In this document: piece after piece, positions 35,105 through 42,127 of the stretch | How the letters are laid out: every line of letters begins with the position of its first letter | How positions within the stretch are numbered: the first letter of the stretch is position 1 | NCBI RefSeq assembly: GCF_001194135.2 | Contig: NC_068981.1 | Span: 183,780,592 to 183,822,718 of the forward strand | Direction of reading: 5' to 3' | Source of the DNA: Octopus bimaculoides | Lineage: Eukaryota | DNA: 42,127 nt | Position numbers and translations under genes: made by a program | Notes under the pieces: model-generated | Database searches by the model: none | The model's input: the letters and a program-made list of their open reading frames with translations, nothing else | What the model was told of the DNA's origin: nothing

Positions 35105-35260
35105 CTAATGGCTATTGAGGCTCGCCAGCACATTTGCAGCGTTGCCGCGGTGATGGCGAGTCTGATACGCTGGAACAGCCAAGCGCCCTCATGAGCCTCG
35201 CCAGTTACCTCTGCTAACGTATATTTCCGCACGCAATGTACATGCTTTAAATCGGTCGAC
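35105..35260 (-). pseudogene. 3' end of a CRE-like (RLE-type) non-LTR retrotransposon ORF
   Basis: Minus strand: LAEVTGEAHEGAWLFQRIRLAI / RGNAANVLASLNSH* (one frameshift), resembling the FQRxSxAIQRGNA C-terminus of CRE-clade proteins; AATAAA follows about 95 nt later (~35005). Confidence 0.55.
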
Positions 35261-35349
35261 GTAATTATACGCCGCCTGACTTAGAACCTGTCCCGAGTTA
35301 GTACCAGTTCACTTGTCAATTGATAGGCCGATTAGATGGTTCGTGCACC

Positions 35350-35490
35350 AGCGTAGCTAGAGAGTGTGTGCCGCCCGGGGCACCCCTTCCGTTTGCCGCC
35401 CCCGGACCCACGAAAAACACATATTGCCTACAGCAATAGCCTACGGCAGGATGAACAGTGCCGTCCGGGGCGAACCCCACCCCAGCTATG
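35350..35490 (+). repeat. Left inverted arm (MITE-like, GCGTAGCTAG ends)
   Basis: Reverse complement of 37779-37951; 32-nt exact core 35413-35444 = revcomp of 37857-37888. Confidence 0.8.
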
Positions 35491-35639
35491 TTAATAGTTT
35501 CACGTAAATATTTACAACCCGATAGGCTGGTCCTACCATTCCGGCCGGCCCCGTCAACTTCATTGTAGCGTTCTGTTTCATCGAATTTATGGTCTTCGCG
35601 CCAAGCTACACCAAGCTCCACCACCTCACCAGTGGATTC

Positions 35640-37651
35640 TTCCGGTTCGGACAATGACTCGGAGAATGAGTATTTTCCAAGTACAAAATCAGATGATTCC
35701 GATAGCGATTATGATGTTCTGGTCTATCGAAAGTACAAGCGGGCAGCAGTGAATGACACTGAAAGGTAGTATGATGGTGTAGCAAAGGATGTTTTTGAGG
35801 TAGCAGATGAAATAGGCATGTGGACGACATCCAAGTAAAACAATGGGGAATCATCGGATTGTGGTTTAAATAATTTATTTAATCGACACTCGCATTTACG
35901 TGTTGTATACACCAGAAAATTCACTACATGACATTACCAACTTGCTTCGAGTTGGTTAAGAAGAAAATAAACAGGGGAAATACTGTGTCAATGTGATGAG
36001 GTATAACCAGGCATGTTTTGTGTCTGTGTGTGCGTTGGTCATTCGTTGGTGTCTGCTACTGTGTTGGGTCGTTCATGCTGAATATGTGGTTTTATGTTGG
36101 CTGCTTGACTGGCGCAAGTTACTTGCTGGCTGTCTGCTTGGTGATGGCTCTCCGCCTCTGTCGTATGTCTGTCTGTATTTATAACGGTCATGACAGCTAG
36201 AAGGACAGACATACCGCAGGAGTAATCTCTACTTATGAAAGTCGCCTCCTGTCCACTTGAACCTTAAATGACACGGCTCAGGTGATAGGTCGAAGAGAAA
36301 ACCATCCATCACTTTTTGACAGGACAAAGAAATTTCTTTCGCGCCTGTTTGGTCAGTGGTGGATCAGACGAACGAGAATCCTTAGATTCGGTTTCGAATC
36401 TCAGCTCGGAAAAAGGAAATGTTAGTTTTTACACCCTGCTGATACTGATGAGCATCGAGAAGAAACTGATTCTGGCGTCATATAAGGAATCGGGATCCAG
36501 CTACGTCGACTACTTTCTTTCCGAAAACGATGCCACGTGATCGATTTTTGGCGTTTCTTCGAAATCTATATTTCAACACAGGCGAGAACCACGATAACAG
36601 GCTGCACGAAATACGTCCTATCGTTGACAAAGTGGCTGAAAATTTCAGAATGGTGTATGTCTCCACATAGGACATTTGTACTGTCGAGAGTTTGTAGAAA
36701 TTCAAGGGAAGGCTCCGATTCAAACAATACAACTCGACAAACTTGCTCGCTTTGGAGTCAAACCTTATAAAGTATACCAGTCAACTAGCAGAACCTATGG
36801 CTACACTGGTCAGGACAGATTGGATCTTCCAGCGTCTATTCTAGCGTCAACTGATGTCGTGTTGTCGATGAACGAAAACTTGACAAAGGTTTCAATATTT
36901 ATATGGACAACTAGTTTTCCAGTTCAGACCTCCTCCTGCAGCTGCAGGCGAGGAGGACTAATGCCTGTGGGACTGTGAGGACGCACAAGAAAAACACGCC
37001 ACCCGATCTTCACAAGATGAAATTTTGAAAGAGGAAAATAGCGTACCGATGCACTCATAGTGACATTCTCGCTCTAGTGTGGCGTGACTAGAAAAACGTC
37101 TGCATGTAATCGACAATGCATTTTGCAAGCATGAAGGACACTAGGAAACAAGATGCGGACGGTAATGCCATAATGAAACCTCGTGTAGTTGTTTCATACA
37201 ATGAAAGGATGAGCGGGGGTCGATCGCTCAGATCAGCTGGCGACAACACACAAATCGGTGAGAAAATTTGTGAAATGGTACAAAAAATCTTCTTGTATAT
37301 AGTGACATGTGTGTCGTGAACTCACATTTGATTTGGTAGGTGCTTGGCGGTGTGGGGGATGGATTGACATTCAGGAATCTATTGTTCCGTGAAATGATAG
37401 AATCACCAGACCTGCCAAAGTACAGAACGCGTGAACGTCCCCACTCCTCACCGCATGGTGAAGGGAAGTGGGCATTTTCCACGATTGCTTCCCACCCCAA
37501 CAATGTCAAGAAGACAAATTCTTCAAAGAGAAGCACAGTATGTAAAGCAAAAGGGAAACGTAAGGAAACTAAACACCATTGTTCACAATGTGATACACCA
37601 CCGTGTGTGGTACTCTGTTTTGAACTTTATCGCACTAAAGTTAGTTTTTGA
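35640..37651 (+). pseudogene. Degraded piggyBac (PGBD4-like) transposase
   Basis: Across frames: acidic N-terminus, TMPRDRFLAFLRNLYFN, RLHEIRPIVDK, ESL.KFKGRLRFKQY, RFGVK, YMDN, VDRSDQL, KWYKKIF, and C-terminal Cys-rich CKAKG..HCSQCDTPPCVVLCFELY. Many stops and frameshifts. Confidence 0.9.
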
Positions 37652-37778
37652 ATTCATGTGATTATAAATAAATTAAGATGATCTAACTTGTGCTGTCGAT
37701 AATATTATTCAGGAATAATATCGCATGAGCGTCCTTCATAGGGGTATAGTTTAGATAAATAAACAATACTTGCACTTA

Positions 37779-37951
37779 CAGGCGTAGCTAGGGGGTGGGG
37801 TAGGGGCGGCCTGTCCCGGGTGGCACTTTTAAAGGGGCGGCAATTTTCATCCTGTTGTAGGCTATTGCTGTAGGCAATATGTGTTTTTTTGTGGGGTCCG
37901 GGAGCGGTAAACAGAAGGGCCGCCGCGGGCGACACACACTCTAGCTATGCT
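37779..37951 (-). repeat. Right inverted arm (MITE-like)
   Basis: Begins CAGGCGTAGCTAGGGGG and ends CTAGCTATGCT, so it is self-inverted; homologous to 35350-35490. Confidence 0.8.
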
Positions 37952-37999
37952 AACGTTTCTTCATTGCCCACAAGGTGCGTCTTTGTTTTGCAGTGCTTC

Positions 38000-38640
38000 T
38001 CCCTTGTTCATCGATTTTTACGATGGCTGAAACGAAGGAACTGCGTGCTTCCGTGAAATTCTGTTTTCTGCTGGGGAAAACGATGGCCGAAACATTTGTC
38101 ATACTTCAAACAGCTTACAAGGATGCTGTCATGTTCAAAAGACAAGTTTACGAGAGGTTTTCATGTTTTAGGAATGGTCACTTGTCACTTGAGGACCAAC
38201 CTCGTTCAGAGCTACTGTCGACCTCCCAAACGAATGAAAACATCGTGAAAATTCATGGACTGATGTTGGAGAACCGTCACCGAGCAATTGATGAACTTGT
38301 TGATATGACTGATGTGTCCTGGAGCTCCTGCCAACGAATTTTGAGCGAGGAATTGCGAATGAAAAGAGCTGCAACAAAATTTGTGCTTCGCTTGCTCACG
38401 AAGATCAAAAGCAGTCACGACTGAAATAACAGTTGGAAGTTGATCAGGACCTTTTTCGATGGTCAACACTGATGACGAAAGTTGGTGCAACGGAATTTGC
38501 AGATGTGGGAGAGGTGAAGAAAAAAACCGACGGAGGCGTTAAAAGGCATCACTTCACAAGAGTTCCAGCACCGCTTCTAACAGTGGAGAACGCGTCTGCA
38601 CCGATGCATTACTCCAAATGGAGAATACCAAGTGAATTAA
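38000..38640 (+). pseudogene. Internally deleted mariner transposase
   Basis: MAETKELRASVKFCFLLGKTMAETFVILQTAYKD..VYERF..FRNG..SLEDQPRS..IDELVD..SCQRILSEELRMKRAATKFV: mariner N-terminal HTH; catalytic region mostly missing. Confidence 0.85.
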
Positions 38641-38654
38641 ATAATATACTATTT

Positions 38655-38850
38655 CATTATTGCCCACAGGGGACTAAACGTAGAGGGGACAAACAAGGAC
38701 AGACAAAGAGATTAAGTAGATTACATCGATCCCAGTGCGTAACTGGTACTTATTTAATCGAACCCGAAAGGATGAAAGGCAAAGTCGACCTCGGCGGAAT
38801 TTGAACTCAGAACGTAGCGGCAGACGAAATACCGCTAAGCATTTCGCCGC
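38655..38850 (-). mobile_element. SINE family B (Meta-domain-like core)
   Basis: Core gtcgactttgcctttcatcctttcggg..gtaccagt. Other copies: 3845-3932 (+), 13730-13950 (+), 16570-16800 (-), 21595-21810 (+), 21825-22035 (+), 25620-25930 (-), 26320-26520 (-), 27820-27977 (-), 31237-31421 (+), 31440-31644 (-), 31905-32105 (-). The Meta-domain label is from recall. Confidence 0.8.
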
Positions 38851-38859
38851 CTGAATGAA

Positions 38860-39240
38860 ATATTATTGGAAAATTCCACGGCCTCGAGACGGCTCCAGAA
38901 TTTTCTGCATGCGTTCCTCACTGAGTCCCTAAGAAGACCTTCGAACACGTTCTTGATCTTAGCCACCAATTCAGCCTTTGTGTTGCTGGCAAAGCAGTTG
39001 ATGTCTTTCTCCATCACATCTCACACATAGTAACCCGTGGGATTACCATCGGTGGGATTAAGAGGCCAAAATTGGGGATAGTGAAGTCGTAGGTGTTCTC
39101 CGACAACCACTTCTGACTCTTTCTGCCGGTATGACAAGGAGACGAACTCTGCTGTTACACATACAGCCTTCCAGCAGCAACCCTCAAGCACAAACATCTG
39201 AGCTTTTGCATAGGGACTTCGCAGCAACCAGAAGTTGTCT
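38860..39240 (-). pseudogene. Tc1/mariner (maT-like) transposase C-terminal fragment
   Basis: Minus strand: RVAAGRLYV*QQSSSPCHTGRKSQKWLSEN..WPLNPTDGNPTGYYV*DVMEKDIN..NTKAELVAKIK..NACRKFWSRLEAV, matching the QQDxAPCH..WPPNSPDLNP pattern. Confidence 0.75.
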
Positions 39241-39800
39241 GTTAATCTCAAATTCATGAAAAAACTTTCACAAGGTCTTCGAAACAAACGTAGCCCTCTT
39301 GGCAAAGTTCCCACGAGTTCTCGAAGATTTGCTGTAGAATGAATATTTGATCGGTTGCGCTGCGTTCAGGGCGGAAGCTACACTGTTCTTCAGCAAACCT
39401 AAACTCGACAATTTTCCTACATGTCTTTGACACATACGATTTTATAGGGAAGTTCATCATGGAGACACTCTATTGTCTGCCTTCTTAAAATTGGGATTAC
39501 ACCTTCGATTACCATTGCTTTGATGGCATTCCAGAGGTCCAAAGCCATCGGGCATACTCGAGTCAGCCAGATAATACCTTTTCTATTTATGGTTTTTAAC
39601 ACCTTCAACCGAATTTCATCCTCTCCAGTGACATTGCTACATTAGAGCGCTTTAATCGCCTCAGTGACTTTAGCCTCTGTGAGGTTAGTCTTCGCTTCTA
39701 GACGCACCTCGTGTCCACCAGAAGACTTTATCGTGAAAAGATGTAGGAGATCAGCAAAATGATCTTCCCTGCAGAGAGAAAACCCCAGCCGAATTCTTAA
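39240..39800 (-). pseudogene. LINE (RTE-like) reverse transcriptase fragment
   Basis: EEQCSFRPERSATDQIFILQQIFENSWELCQEGYVCFEDLVK matches the EQxGFRPGRSTTDQIF..CFVDLEKA motif of LINE RTs. Confidence 0.8.
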
Positions 39801-39995
39801 TGACAGATATAGAAGAGATCTTCTTGTTACAAAGTCAGTGAATGATCAACCAGAATACTTTATTGGTCAATTTAAAGTCAGAGTGGAATGAGAGTTTCTG
39901 AAAGGATGTGGGACTCATATTTCATTACCAACATCCACTTGAGGGGTGAAGAATGTATCCAAAATTATTTGATATTTATGGTGCATTATACCTGT

Positions 39996-40362
39996 GTAGG
40001 AGGCGCAATGGCCCAGTGGTTAGGGAAGCGGACTCGCGGTCATAGGATCGCGGTTTCGATTCCCAGACCGGGTGTTGTGAGGGTTTATTGAGCGAAAACA
40101 CCTAAAGCTCCACGAGGCTCCGGCAGGGGATGGTGGCGAACCCTGCTGTACTCTTTCACCACTCTCACTCTTTCTTCCTGTTTCTGTTGTGCCTGTAATT
40201 CAAAGGGGCCAGCCTTGTCACGCTGAATATCCCCGAGAACTACGTTAAGGGTACACGTGTCTGTGGAATACTCAGTCACTTGCACGTTAATATCACGAGC
40301 AGGCTGTTCCGTTGATCGGATCAACTGGAACCCTTGACGTCGTAAGCGACGGAATGCCAACA
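39996..40362 (+). mobile_element. tRNA-derived SINE, family E (Nin-domain-like body)
   Basis: Head ggaggcgcaatggcccagtggttaggg, body ttcaaagggccagccttgtcac..gtacacgtgtctgtgga..gatcaactggaac. Related bodies at 7511-7810 (+) and 9883-10140 (+); related head at 1675-1980 (+). Confidence 0.8.
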
Positions 40363-40384
40363 TACCTGTGTAGAGCTCAGTGTA

Positions 40385-42095
40385 GTACCTGATCTCAAGT
40401 TACGTTCATCATTAGGGCCCTCAACAACACTTGCAGACCGTCTTCTGTTAGTAACGACCCTTTAGTAGCATTCTTTGCAGTCAATTTACGTGGAGTTGCT
40501 GGAATTTGAGTATTGTCATTTATATTCTCAGCTTGCTTTTGTTCAAACGATACCAGCTCCTCGTTAGATAAATTTTCTTTGTGAGATACTGATAACACAA
40601 ATACGTCATTCTCTAATGACTTCTCCAAATCCTACATCACTTTATGCTTGTAGAAAACTTGCAACATCATGGATAGTCTGGCCACATATTTTTCCAAACA
40701 CCGTTCATAGTTGGGGGTTTCATTTCACCCCTTGACTCAACTATGTTATCCACAGCATCCACTGTGTTTTTCAAAGTCTCTCGCAACAAGTTTATTCTCC
40801 CTGTAAATTGTACTCATATACTGTTTGAAAACTCAGATAATGTGTTTTCCAATAAGCTATAACACCTAACACATTGTAGCGAACTCTAGTGAGCTTCCTC
40901 CCTTATATCACATACATACGAACAGCTAACCTTTGGGTGCTGTTTTGGACCCCGTTGTGTCTACCCCTCTGATTGGTTGGTATTGGCACAATATGTCTCT
41001 TACTCTATCGCGCACCAATATGCAACCCAACCAATCATAGCCTTCAAATAAATCCCGAGACAGTTTTTTTCTAAACTGCATTTGAGCCTACCGTCAGCTA
41101 TAAAAGCCTTCTAAAGTCTAACCACTGACCACATTACAGCGACCTCCATCTTCGTCACCACCACTGATGTTTCTCACCGACGTCGTCAACATCTACACAG
41201 CACCAACACACTGCACCGGTTCTAACATATCGCTGTTCGTGAGCTTCTCACCAGGGTTAACAGCTAACAACCTACGCAGATGCACAGCTTGTGTATATAT
41301 ACGTGTGGCCACAATAAAGGTGTTTAAGTTATCACCTTTGTTTCATGTATTTCTTTACCGGGTTGCTACCAAATAAGATTACAACCTTCTGAGCAGAGTC
41401 ACATTAGATTGAATACCACCTATCCATCTAACACCTTTCCACTTCGGCTTGAGCAAAGAAGTATTCTTGAGGTATTTTCTACTTTCCCATTATCAGAAAA
41501 CTAATTTCAGTTCTGTGGGTGGCTTGGAGCATTGCCTAAAATGAGCAATATTTTGTTGGAAATATGCCTGACACTGAGATTTTCTACATCAGGACATAAG
41601 TGTTTGTGAACCACTTTGCGAAATGGCTCTTAATCATCCATGCCTTCTTATTTAAATGACGAATCAGAAACAAATTAAACTTTGCGTAACCCTTGAAAGT
41701 ATTACACGAGTAGGGACTTTTAATTTAATTTCACCAGCGGCATTTCCTCCCAGAAGAAACATCAGACGATTTTTAGTAGCTTTAAATCCTGGCATTGACT
41801 TTTGTCCTCGAGAACTAAAAATTATAATAGACATAAGCTTCTAGAAAAATGGAGTTTCATTAAGATTATTTACTTACTCTGCTATGTAGCCCCCGCACCC
41901 GAATTCTTTATTTTACTTAATTTTTTTAGCTGCGCAGGATAATTAGTAACAGCCTTAGTACACGCAATAGCAGCTTCACCAGTCAATTTTATTTGTGCAA
42001 ATTCAAGTATTTCTTAAAACATTAAAATCAGCCTTTACTAGCCGGGAAATGTTTTTCATTAGTAGCTTCACCCTCGTTTTTCTTTAAAATCATCT
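40385..42095 (-). pseudogene. Tigger/pogo-like transposase remnant, interrupted at ~40.87-41.43 kb
   Basis: Minus strand: FPASKG.F..KLTGEAA..NLNETPFF..KSMPGFKATKNRLMFLLGGNAAGEIKLK..NTSLLKP..GVIAYWKTHYL..TMNGVWKNMWP..SHKENLSNEELV. Confidence 0.85.
40875..41371 (+). mobile_element. Probable solo LTR
   Basis: Ends TGTAGCGAAC..GTTGCTACCA (imperfect inverted termini); CCAAT boxes ~40970-41036, TATAAAA ~41100 and AATAAA ~41313 in promoter-to-polyA order; splits the Tigger frame. TSD not clean. Confidence 0.5.
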
Positions 42096-42127
42096 TGACT
42101 TTGGCTCTGTGTGTGTGTGTGTGTGTG

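Noticed and set aside
8831-38480. Other CTGANGA matches (8831, 20345, 22081, 36445, 38470)
   Set aside because: No helix II followed by GAAA and no helix I pairing, so they are not hammerheads.
1675-40075. tRNA-like sequences as functional tRNA genes
   Set aside because: All are heads of repeated SINE or pLTR units, lack a proper acceptor stem and run into conserved repeat bodies.

Overview
Eukaryotic, AT-rich, microsatellite- and SINE-dense genomic DNA with many N gaps. The repeat families resemble those of octopus or other coleoid cephalopods, which is an inference from recall rather than a search result. One protein-coding gene can be rebuilt on the minus strand: B3GLCT (beta-1,3-glucosyltransferase). 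It has 14 coding exons from 34469 to 1462, all with GT-AG junctions and matching phases, totalling 1425 nt (474 aa plus stop), with a signal peptide, a DDD catalytic motif and a C-terminal HDEL. The introns hold five recurring SINE or retro-tail families, hAT- and piggyBac-type MITEs and minisatellites. The most notable feature is a cluster of five minimal type I hammerhead-ribozyme motifs from two Penelope-like element (PLE) families at 23.5-27.2 kb. In one family a tRNA-like Pol III A/B-box module sits between a GIY-YIG endonuclease remnant and the hammerhead. Upstream of the gene (35-42 kb) is a stack of dead transposons: a CRE-like retroelement 3' end, piggyBac framed by inverted ~140-170 bp arms, mariner, Tc1/maT, a LINE RT fragment, and Tigger interrupted by a probable solo LTR. 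Dispersed-repeat boundaries are hand-read and approximate (about +/-20 bp). Exon and hammerhead coordinates were counted base by base.
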